A stretch of 64,000 nt of DNA from Amoebophrya sp. A120. Lineage: Eukaryota > Protista > Dinoflagellata. The DNA is taken from positions 7,949,655 through 8,013,654 of the forward strand of contig CAJINV010000002.1 in NCBI GenBank assembly GCA_905178155.1, read 5' to 3'. A program made the position numbers and the translations under genes. Below, piece after piece: positions 23,501-32,121 of the stretch. The notes under the pieces are model-generated. The model did not search any database, was not told the origin of the DNA, and worked only from the letters and a program-made list of their open reading frames with translations. Numbering within the stretch: position 1 is the stretch's first letter; each line of letters opens with the position of its first letter.

Positions 23501-26500
23501 CAGCTAAGAACGGGGGAAACTAACGCTCCACCGCAGCGCAAGCGGAAGACCTGGGAATACAATAACCAACAGGTCAGTGAAGACTAACAAATACTAGTAG
23601 AAAGTCCCGCCAATAGATTCAATACGATACTCGTGACGGGGTATATGAGTACATCAAATACAACATGGAATCTGCATGACAAATTGATTTTTATCCGTTT
23701 GGTTTGTGTGTAATCCCCGCCTTTTTCGGCACTGGACATTCTGCGCCGAATATCCGCTTCCACTACAGATGTGGGCTAGAGCCGGTGGCGCGGTGCCCTT
23801 TCGCGGGTTGGTCGAAGAAGTTGCAAAAGGGGCGAAGACAGGTCGACGAGCCGTGTGCTTCCTGAGCAGGTTCAGCTTGCCCGGGCCGCCATAGTATGTT
23901 CACCGCCTGGCGGGGGATTCCTGGCATCGCTGCTGGTGTGCGGTTCTAGGTGTTTTTATACAGTGGGAAAGCTGACGGACGCACGTTAGTAGCAGTTTGT
24001 CATGCTTAAAGTATTGCAAATGCAGGAACACGCAGTGGAAGTGCTGAGAGCGAAGTATTTCTCGACGGGCATTTGTTGCCGAAATAAGATTTATTTTAGA
24101 CGCTATGGGTAAGCGATGGCATCGCAGAGATCATGCACACAGTGTGGGCTTAGTCATTAGCACTGGCGAAATTTAAAATGTCTATTTTACGCGCGCCGAA
24201 CTAGATTAGAACTACACACGAGCGACGAACTTTATTACAGGACCAAGGAGAAAACTTCTTGCTTGTTTTTTCTTTTACTTTTTGTTTGGTGCGCATGACA
24301 AACTGCTACCGTGGTAGTGTCCGTTCTTAACTTCAAGGAGAGTATGCTGCTACTCCGTCACCGGTAGCTGGGTGCTGTGCCTCGGATGGTCGCATCCGCG
24401 TTGTCGCCAGTCCGGCTGTCTACTTGGTCACGTCCGTCGTGCTGCGGTGGCATAGTAGCAGGTAGTCGGGGGTGTGAGATTAGAGATACACGCAGAACGA
24501 CACACGAAACGCAACGACACTTCGAGGGATATATATTTTCCTCTCGATATCTCCTCCCGCTGCACCGGTCACACCACACAGTCCTCGTTGGGTGCCACTC
24601 TAGCGCTAATTTCTACTCTTTCTATCTCAACTACTACTCCCTGCTCGACTTTACTTCTGTTACAACAATGCTGATTTTGAGATTCTGCATGGTTGCTGCC
24701 TTTTAACCAAGAGAGCGTAGCTGGTCCTCTACATTTTCTTCTTTTTTGCTGTATCTACCAACTTTGTGTACATGAAAGAGAACCAAGTAACCGTCTAGCT
24801 CCAACAGTATCACATACATCTTGCGCAACTTTAATTTCCTCTTAGCATAATAATGACGCTGGCAGTTCATATACTTCTCAGCACGGCATTCGGACCTTTA
24901 GCTTGTAACTTAGTTCGTACTTGTTGGCTTTTCGTTTGCATATTCGGATATTCTATTTGCATAATTTTTTGGTATTATCATATACTAGAAGGCTGAGCAG
25001 GTGAGTAGTGGTTTACAGATAGACTTTTTCATTCCTCGCCATGTGGATCCTGGGTCTCCGCGAACGCTGGCATGTCCTCCGGGTCCTGAGTGGCAGGAGG
25101 CGGTCGAGATGAGGACGCAGCAGTCGCGCCGGTCTTCCTCGCCTTCCGTACCTGGGGGGACTTTGCAGCTGCTGTTCTCTTCCCCGATGCTGCTGCCGCA
25201 GCAGTGGTCTTTACCGGATATTTCTTCGCCGGTACTGTTGTTGCAGCAGTGGTCTTTGCCGCAGTTTTTCTCCCCGGTGCTGCTGTCGCCACAACAGTCT
25301 TGCTCGCCGTAGGATTTTCCTTTTCAGAATTGCTGCTTGCAGGCGGCAGGCCCGGTTCCTGCGTGTGGGGGGGGATTGGAGGTTGCGGCACCAGCGTCCC
25401 TGTTGGTTCGGTCTGCGGGCCCGCCCCAGTCCCTGTCGGTGGCTTTGGTGGTACCAATTTTGCCATGTTGGTGCGGATAATTTTCGCCAGCTTGTACTTG
25501 TGCATTTTTTGCGTCAGCTCCTGCAGGCAAATAGGCAGCTTGAAGCTCCGCCGGGGCCAGTCCGCATACTGGTCGCGGCCGGACAACTCCAGGACCGAGG
25601 TCGTCGCCACGTGGGTGTTGTGCGCCCCGATGCCCTTGGTTTTGTTGATGTCCAAGTCAAACCGCTTCGCGGAATGCAGCCAGATCCTGTCTTTCCACTC
25701 CATCGTCGCAAGCCAAAACTCACGGAAGACACCCGAGCCCCGGACTTTGTCGTTGATTCCTAGGCCTTCGACGATCACGTGGGGCCGGAAACCCGAGATA
25801 CTCGCCGCGGTGGACATGCGCCGCAGCGCCTCGGTAGCGGTCTGCAAGTACCTGAACCGCGCCGCGGTTTGTGGGCAGGGTATTCCCACATGGTCCGTGG
25901 ACTTGATCGCCATCCTGGATGTTGAGTCGGTGTTCAACACGATCGCGCTGTTGGTCGATCGGCATGCCGTGATGACATACGCGCCTGGGATGTATCGCGG
26001 GCCCACGCCACCGGGAGCAACATGGGGGAAGGGGCACACCTGCTGCAGTTCTGTTGTCAGCGTGTCGCACACCCCGGCGGGGCTGGTAGTGATAAACCCC
26101 GCTCCTGCTGCGTTGTGCTGGATCGTTAGTTCGAGACTTTTATCGGCCAGATTGGTGGCGTTGATCCAAGTACGGGCCGACTCGTCAACAAATCCAGCGG
26201 GCCCGTTCGTGGGCACCCTTCTCGTAATTTCTGGCAGAAACTCGCTTTGCCCGGTAAGTGCAGTCCATTTCCCGGCCGCCTGCCGCAGTGCCTTGGTGGC
26301 CTGTAGCCAGGGGTCCACCGCGTTCACGAGATCGGTAGAAAAAGCCAGCTTGTACAGGGCCTCCGCGTCAAGCTTATTCAGCGCCAGCAGGTCCACGATG
26401 TGCTGGTTGCTGAATCCGAGAAAATTCATGATGGAAGTTGCGACTTGGTGCAAGTACTTCTTCCATTTTTCCGTCGACCAAAGCTTCACAGCAAGGGGCA

Positions 26501-29500
26501 GCAGGTGAGCGACGGAGGAGGTGTAGGCCCAAATCACGAGCAACCGGAGCATCGTCCCCGAGAGCGAGACCATGCCGGAGTACACCTGCTCGACCATGGA
26601 TCGCGCGGCCCCAAGTCTGCCTGCCAACTGCTTCCACAAAACATCCTCCGGCAGTTGGTTGATTGCGAAGAGACAGCCGAGGAAGAGCGTGGAGCTCTTG
26701 ATTTGGGGCACGATCCCCCACGGGTTCAACGCTTTCACGATCGTGGAGCGGAGCTGTTGCAATTTCGCCGCATTGGCCTCGGCGTTGGGGCTGTTTTGCT
26801 GGAACGGGTTGCCCGGCATAGCTTCGTACTTGTCTTTGCCCGCCAGGTACACGCCCATTTTGGAAAATTTCCGCTCCTCGAATTTTGTCAGGGTTTCCAT
26901 AATCAGCTGGATGTTGCCGTTGTCGACGTCGTCTTTGTGTGCCCGGAACCCCTGCGCGCGGTCGTCCACGCAACTTCCCAGAACGGCAGGCGGTTTGTTC
27001 TCGTACGGGTGCACCCGGCCCCCGGATGCTGGCGGGACTGCTTCTGCTGTGAAAATGTTGGTCTGCTTCACTCGGCGGGGGGGCTGTTGGTGGATATGGT
27101 GGCACGGATGGACATCCTTTTCTAGGGTGTAGGGCTCCCAAGAGTAGGGCGAAGTAGTATCCTTGTCCATTTCTGCCAGCAATGCTGCAGCTGCTGTCTC
27201 GATTCTACTTCGACATAACCTCCGCGTTGCCGGATCGTAACAACTCACCAAGAACCAGTGCAGCAGCTTCATGTACCTCATGGACAAAATGCATCCCGCA
27301 ATCATGACTTCGGTGCTGCCCTGGATGCATTCCCAGAATGATGGAATTAAGGCGTATTTTCGTCCGTTCCGGATGATTATCCGTTTGTTGAGGGTGGCCG
27401 CAAACCAAAGCAGGATGCCGGGGTGGCATTTTGTCTGCCGGAGGCACTGCAACATCGCGACGCCGGTGATGGTATTGTAGTAGTTGCAGTAGTCCGTGGA
27501 TAGGTAGATCCAGAACTCATCGGGGCCTAAGCTAAGTAAGCAGTCCAATAGTTTGAGAACCAAGATGCACAGAGCCACTGTGGGTCTTCCTCCGTGTCCG
27601 TAAATTCCCATGACGTTCGTATCCTCCGCAGCCTGCATTATCCGGCGGCCGAAAACTCCGCTGATGGTCTTCAAAGCGTACCCAGTCCGTGTCACGCAGC
27701 GGACCTTGCGGATTTCTTCTACCTTTCCCCCTTTTCCCAGTAGCTCGATCTGCTGCGTTCTCATTGGCTCCGGTATGGAGGTTGAGAGAAACCGTGGGTC
27801 GGATGAAGTCACTTTCTGCACCAGGTTGTTGCTCGCGGTCGTAAAGTTTTTCTTTAGTTCCCGCGGGGCGGACTGCAACAACTTCGTCCTGGCGCCCGAC
27901 ACTCCCTGCGCTTGAGAATTTGCGTTCGCCATCAAGTCTTCAACCTCCGGGGTGGAAATCTGAAGCGGCTTGCACTTTCGGGCGGCGCTTGCAAGTTCTT
28001 CTTTCAGTCGGATCCAGTTCTCCTGGGGCATCTGCGTGGGGAGTCCGCAGTCCTTTCGCATTATTGATGATTTCAAGATATGCGATTTCCCAACTTCGAC
28101 CGCGACTGCTTGTGCTCCTGAGATCACACGGGCGCCGGATTTTACGGAATCGATCTGCGGAAGCGGTGCGCCTTTTTTCACCCCGGTCACCTTCGTCCGA
28201 ACAGCCGCTTGCATCTCGAATAAGCCATCCATAAACACACTACGCCCCGGCGTAGCTTCAGCTGGGAGGATGGCGCCGCCGGCATCTCGCACCCAGCTAA
28301 TGAACCTCTGGATCTTGCCCGAGACATCGGCGCGGGATAGGTACGCGGCGTTGCCATTGTTGGCCGGACCCTGCTCCGCTGGCGGCTTTTCTTCCGGCGG
28401 TGGTCTCGGCTGGTTTTGGGTGCCGCCCTGTTTCGGAGGTTTGCGCGATACTTGCTGCGCCGTTTTTGCAAGATTCGCTGCGGTGGCTGCCTCTGCAGAC
28501 CAAGTCTCAAAAGCGAATGGGCAGTCCGTGGGTGGTGGTGTTGTCTGCGCGTAGTCTACCTGGGCAGCAGCCAAGGCGGCCGAGGTACAAGCCGGGTCGT
28601 CGCGTCGCATCAAACATCGCGTCTTGATGCCCGAGGGAAGTGCGTCTGCGAGACTCCGCACGGCAGAAATGGGGGCTGTAAGTGCCGCGCCATATGTGTA
28701 CGGCATCTGGTGCTTTTCGTATGACGCATAAATATTTTCCTGCGTGATAGTGCTGTTTATCACGGCTGCCGGGTCTCCGGTCGGGTCGGGGTTGTGCGCA
28801 GTCGGCAAGCTATTTTCTTGCGTGCTGGGCTCCTCATCGTAAAAACCGGAGAAGACCAGCGCAACATGGTCGCAATTGTACATGCGGACGTACTCCGCGG
28901 TCTCCGAGCCATCCAAAATCTCGCTTTGCCCCTCAGTGGCGTCGGCCGGGTTGCGGTAAATCAACGCGCGCGCAACATGCACCTGGTTGAAGCCTCGCGT
29001 CGCAATGTGGTCGATCGTACTGCCCTCCGTCTTGTGAAAGCACGTCTTGCCCCCAACGTCCTGAAACTCGTAGTGCAGCTTGACCCAGTTCAACAGCGGC
29101 ACCAGGACATGGTCCCGAACGTCGGCCGAGTGGTTTTCCCACGACTCAAAGTCCGAGTTCCAGTCTCCACACACGTACCCGCGGGCCGTGGAATTTGTCA
29201 TGCCCGTGAGCTTGGTGAGCATATTCTGCATCTGCCTATCGAGCGAAACCTTCTCCGATGCGGAAAGGGGCTTCGATCGTGGGGGTGCGTACAGCATAAT
29301 CTTCAGCGTGCCGGCGATGATCGTTCCGGTCAGAAACAGAAGAAAGTCCTCCGGGTCGTCGGAAAACCACGATACCAGCTGGTCGCCTTGCTCCTCCGGG
29401 TTCACCTTGGATAGTACCCAACTACCGGAATTGTGGTCACCAAGCTCCGGAAGAAGATCGGGGTGGGCGAAATGTTCAAAGTGGGCAACGTGGCCACTTT

Positions 29501-32121
29501 TGCAGTTTGTCATGCTGCTGTTGGTAGTTTCGTTTACCACCGCCCGTAGCTGGTCATCGCGAAACTGCGCCCGGTCTCCTTGTGGGACCCCGGCTGGGAT
29601 TTTCGTTTCGCAAAAGAGCTCCGCGGTGGCCTTCTCCGCTTCCTGCAGCTGCTGGGCGAGTTTCGACCGGTTGTAGTCAAAAGAATTCCAGATAATGGCT
29701 TTCTCGCACCGCCCATATTCTTGTGCCTCTGCATCCTCGTCGGGGATTTCGTAATACCGGACTTCCTCCTCCTGCAGGTGCGGGTCGTGGAAGTCGTCGT
29801 CTTCAGCTAGTGGGTCCTCGAGAACCAACTCCTCGTCAGCGTCGACAAGAGTCATGCGCGCTAATTTTGAAATGGGCGCCCCGTTCCCCGTGCATCAACT
29901 TTTCTTTTTTACGACATCCTGCAGCACTTATCACGTCGCGGCGTGAGCAAGCGGAGATAAACAACAAAAAAAACAAAATTACTGATTCTCGCAAACTTCC
30001 AACTCGCAACCACTATAACGGGGATGTACAGCCAGCCCCACAACTACAAGAGAAAGCTGCAGCCTGCGGCAAACCAGTTGTTACTGTCTGGACGAATGCA
30101 TTCACTGGAGGCACTAAGCGACAAGCGCCAGCCTAAAGTGATGTTTAAACATCCAAATTAAAGGTAAGAGGTGCGAGATTTAATGCTGATCCACCTGACC
30201 GCCGGATTTGGCGATCATGATCGGCGATTGCTTTACACATGACCGAAAGTGCGGGGTACAGATACACGATTGGCGAGGCTGCTCAAGTAGAGCACGTTTC
30301 TGCACGCGGACCGCTGCCCATGCGGGCGCAACACAGAAGCGCAAAACGTCGGCGCCAGGTTCATTCTCGATTCCACGGCGGGAATATTCCCGCGTCGTGG
30401 GCAACACCATCTCCCCCAGCGCTGCCAAGCCTTGAGCTCGCATCTATTGTGCGCCCCTACATCGCATCTATTGTGCTGGGGAACAAGGCTCGATTGAGCT
30501 TGTTGCTACTGGCTTGGGCGAGCTGGGGGGCATCCACGCTCGCGAAGCCTCGACCTGGTGTCCGTTTGCCGAAGCCTACCCGAGCTGCTTAATCCACCGG
30601 CGGCATGGTGGACTTTACCCTTTCCAGAACTCCTGCCCCGGTCTGATTTCGTATTCCGGTTCTGCCGCGAACATGGAGAAGTTGCTGCCCATGCCCGTCA
30701 GGCTAAGCGAGGACCTTGCTCCTGCGCAGGATGGTGCGTGGACGACTGCTGCAGGATTCAGGCGCCGTGTCCGGGCGGGGAGGAGGTCATTTTTAGGAGG
30801 GGTACTCGGCAGCACGGGGCGCTGGTTCTGAGATCTCGGCTAGTGTAAAGGGGGGCCGGAGATCTAGTAGGCTACTGTAAAGGGGGGCACAGCGGACCCG
30901 CCACGCTCGGGTGTTTATCTACTTCTTTCGAAACTCCTCTTCAGGGAGTCGGGGGAGATACCGACGTGGTGTCAGTGGTGGTAAATGATTGTGAGTTATC
31001 GTATCTACTCTACGGCATAGCTCCCCCTATTCTAGATTTGTTGGATCTCAGGCAACAAGGCAAAGCCTTGAGCCAAAAAAACCCCAGAGTTGTCATGCAA
31101 ATCTGCATGCCAAAAAAGTTTCTCATGCGGAGCCCCATGAGAAGCATTTTCTAGTCGTGTTTTTGAGTTTGTGATGCTAGAATCAGCATGATGTGCTAGA
31201 TCTGTGATGCTGCTGAACTAGCGAAACAGGATTATTCTAGGAGGGCAAACCTGTCATGCGAAACAGCGAAAGCTGGTTGATTTGTCTAGCAGATTTCCCA
31301 TCTTGACTCTGGTGTGGGGACGTTTTTACTCAGGATACAACAATGTGGCGTTACTATTGGTGTTAAATGACGTGGTTGCGACGAAGTAAAGTTATCATAT
31401 GGAAAACAAGCACCGCCGGAAGAATGCGTTCGTTCCTCGAAGAACTACATACATGAAGTGTTCTATAATTGCTCAATCTCCGACAGCAAAAGCAGAGAGG
31501 CGCTGTATTTACGACCTTTTTCTACAAACATCACGAAAAACCAATAGGGACATTTGTGGTACGTCAGCCGTGCTAGCGCCGGTACGATAGCTACACCGGC
31601 ATTCATCAATTTTCAGTTCAATGTACTTATTTCATGCAAGTAGATAAAACACTGTGCCACGCTTTGTCTTCCCTTCTCAGACTTGCATTTTTTTGTTTTT
31701 CAATGTGATATCAATCCGTTTTTCTTCAGAAAATAGTAGTTATCGCACAGAAAAAAGCAGGCATGCATATTCGTAATGCAAAAAAAAATAGCAGAAAAAT
31801 TACATTTAGTGGTTTAAGTCTAGAAGTCTGTGTCTATTTTTGCATTACAAATATGCCCTGCCTGCTTTTTTCTGTGGGATAGTAGTTGATCCCGTGCTGG
31901 TGAAAGACCGGGGGACAGTCCTCCCCGTGCTGGAACAAAGTCACCTTGCGGAAAAACATCTCAGCTGTGCCCTTGACCACGTCCCCGCGGAAATCCCGGG
32001 TCAAAATGGTGTCTCCCCGCGGCGACAGAACGTAAAACTGGCTCATACATTGGAAGACGAGCGGCTTGGTGGCCCGCAGGTGCGGTGGCGGAGCCGAGGA
32101 GCTGCTCGAGGTGGTCGCCAT
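17519..32121 (-). CDS. AP4M1: Adaptor protein complex AP-4 mu subunit; multi-exon, including a 10.4-kb non-canonical intron
   Basis: [22 protein letters not shown]...YFVATTSFN...LL|LELLTKIC|KVFKDYCG...[22 protein letters not shown]...[11 protein letters not shown]...[24 protein letters not shown]...[10 protein letters not shown]...[14 protein letters not shown]...[12 protein letters not shown]...[21 protein letters not shown]- and C-terminal motifs fit the mu4 type. One intron (~19922-20460) is not fully resolved. Confidence 0.88.
17714..17965. mobile_element. Possible highly decayed introner-derived intron in AP4M
   Basis: TAT...ATA ends, and removal with a 5-nt register restores the frame (TRL-N-VRESQ). 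TIR similarity is weak and the flanks (aactc/cttgt) do not match. Confidence 0.4.
18149..18471. mobile_element. Introner family C (323 bp)
   Basis: C-type TIR. DR tcgcg at 18144-18148 and 18472-18476. Join NLVA|SISAT. Confidence 0.92.
18938..19253. mobile_element. Aged introner (316 bp) with diverged DR, now GC-AG compatible
   Basis: Degenerate TIR (tatca...tgca...ctt...tgattc...agag). Gene-sense flanks ccggc/cagca. A 5-nt register restores the frame. Confidence 0.65.
19624..19765. mobile_element. Aged short introner (142 bp)
   Basis: TIR tatc...ctgtattgcaactgcc versus tatc...ctgcattacaactgcc. Gene-sense flanks tatga/ttgca. The frame is restored via micro-exon ~19609-19620. Confidence 0.7.
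20665..20929. mobile_element. Introner family B (265 bp)
   Basis: B-type TIR. DR gcaga at 20660-20664 and 20930-20934. Confidence 0.92.
25029..29855 (-). CDS. 1608-aa APE endonuclease / reverse transcriptase / possible degenerate RNase H polyprotein
   Basis: APE motifs IIWNS, FCETK, LYAPP, CGDWNS, STIDHI, CDHVAL. RT motifs [46 protein letters not shown]. Lys/Ala/Thr-rich repetitive tail. Uninterrupted ORF. Confidence 0.88.
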   Translation of the reverse strand: MTLVDADEELVLEDPLAEDDDFHDPHLQEEEVRYYEIPDEDAEAQEYGRCEKAIIWNSFDYNRSKLAQQLQEAEKATAELFCETKIPAGVPQGDRAQFRDDQLRAVVNETTNSSMTNCKSGHVAHFEHFAHPDLLPELGDHNSGSWVLSKVNPEEQGDQLVSWFSDDPEDFLLFLTGTIIAGTLKIMLYAPPRSKPLSASEKVSLDRQMQNMLTKLTGMTNSTARGYVCGDWNSDFESWENHSADVRDHVLVPLLNWVKLHYEFQDVGGKTCFHKTEGSTIDHIATRGFNQVHVARALIYRNPADATEGQSEILDGSETAEYVRMYNCDHVALVFSGFYDEEPSTQENSLPTAHNPDPTGDPAAVINSTITQENIYASYEKHQMPYTYGAALTAPISAVRSLADALPSGIKTRCLMRRDDPACTSAALAAAQVDYAQTTPPPTDCPFAFETWSAEAATAANLAKTAQQVSRKPPKQGGTQNQPRPPPEEKPPAEQGPANNGNAAYLSRADVSGKIQRFISWVRDAGGAILPAEATPGRSVFMDGLFEMQAAVRTKVTGVKKGAPLPQIDSVKSGARVISGAQAVAVEVGKSHILKSSIMRKDCGLPTQMPQENWIRLKEELASAARKCKPLQISTPEVEDLMANANSQAQGVSGARTKLLQSAPRELKKNFTTASNNLVQKVTSSDPRFLSTSIPEPMRTQQIELLGKGGKVEEIRKVRCVTRTGYALKTISGVFGRRIMQAAEDTNVMGIYGHGGRPTVALCILVLKLLDCLLSLGPDEFWIYLSTDYCNYYNTITGVAMLQCLRQTKCHPGILLWFAATLNKRIIIRNGRKYALIPSFWECIQGSTEVMIAGCILSMRYMKLLHWFLVSCYDPATRRLCRSRIETAAAALLAEMDKDTTSPYSWEPYTLEKDVHPCHHIHQQPPRRVKQTNIFTAEAVPPASGGRVHPYENKPPAVLGSCVDDRAQGFRAHKDDVDNGNIQLIMETLTKFEERKFSKMGVYLAGKDKYEAMPGNPFQQNSPNAEANAAKLQQLRSTIVKALNPWGIVPQIKSSTLFLGCLFAINQLPEDVLWKQLAGRLGAARSMVEQVYSGMVSLSGTMLRLLVIWAYTSSVAHLLPLAVKLWSTEKWKKYLHQVATSIMNFLGFSNQHIVDLLALNKLDAEALYKLAFSTDLVNAVDPWLQATKALRQAAGKWTALTGQSEFLPEITRRVPTNGPAGFVDESARTWINATNLADKSLELTIQHNAAGAGFITTSPAGVCDTLTTELQQVCPFPHVAPGGVGPRYIPGAYVITACRSTNSAIVLNTDSTSRMAIKSTDHVGIPCPQTAARFRYLQTATEALRRMSTAASISGFRPHVIVEGLGINDKVRGSGVFREFWLATMEWKDRIWLHSAKRFDLDINKTKGIGAHNTHVATTSVLELSGRDQYADWPRRSFKLPICLQELTQKMHKYKLAKIIRTNMAKLVPPKPPTGTGAGPQTEPTGTLVPQPPIPPHTQEPGLPPASSNSEKENPTASKTVVATAAPGRKTAAKTTAATTVPAKKYPVKTTAAAAASGKRTAAAKSPQVRKARKTGATAASSSRPPPATQDPEDMPAFAETQDPHGEE
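31067..31078 (-). other. Dinoflagellate spliced-leader remnant TTTTGGCTCAAG
   Basis: 12/12 match to the 3' end of DinoSL (DCCGTAGCCATTTTGGCTCAAG), located 2 nt from the TSD at the element's 5' junction. Confidence 0.8.
31393..31710. mobile_element. Aged introner (318 bp) with diverged DR
   Basis: TIR tatcatatggaaaacaa versus tatcacattgaaaaacaa. Gene-sense flanks attga/acttt. A 5-nt register gives KKNG(L/F)YFVATT. Confidence 0.7.
31741..31881. mobile_element. Introner family E (141 bp)
   Basis: About 45-bp TIR tatc(g/c)cacagaaaaaagcaggca...tgtaatgcaaaaa. DR gtagt at 31736-31740 and 31882-31886. Join GINY|YFLKK. Confidence 0.9.

Larger units (their letters stand above)
20999..31080 (-). mobile_element. 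Non-LTR retrotransposon (10,082 bp) inserted in an introner
   Basis: 18-bp TSD accccagagttgtcatgc (20981-20998, 31081-31098), an APE-RT ORF, and a spliced-leader remnant at the 5' end. Confidence 0.85.
20959..31337. mobile_element. Introner family A expanded to 10,379 bp by a retroelement; intron of AP4M
   Basis: TIR tatcctgaggaaaaacg / cgtttttactcaggata. DR caaca at 20954-20958 and 31338-31342. Join ...NATLL|LELLTK... is in frame. Removing the insert and one TSD leaves 279 bp. Confidence 0.92.

Noticed and set aside
21229-29982. The 8.7-kb block removed as a GT-AG intron to make the short element
   Set aside because: Splicing at ca|gtaatt...aacag|taa predicts gagaatcataagg, but the short copy reads gagaatcagagtaagg.
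30920-30955. Hammerhead ribozyme core (minus strand ctgaagaggagtttcgaaa; also ~12950-12975)
   Set aside because: No stem III/NUH or stem I partner was found. The sequence instead forms a simple gactcc/ggagtt hairpin. An Infernal scan would settle it.
20959-31337. The 10.4-kb TIR-bounded unit as the autonomous master element that mobilises introners
   Set aside because: The ORF is APE-RT, not a DDE transposase, and it lies inside a separate insert with its own 18-bp TSD. The introner is the target, not the vehicle.
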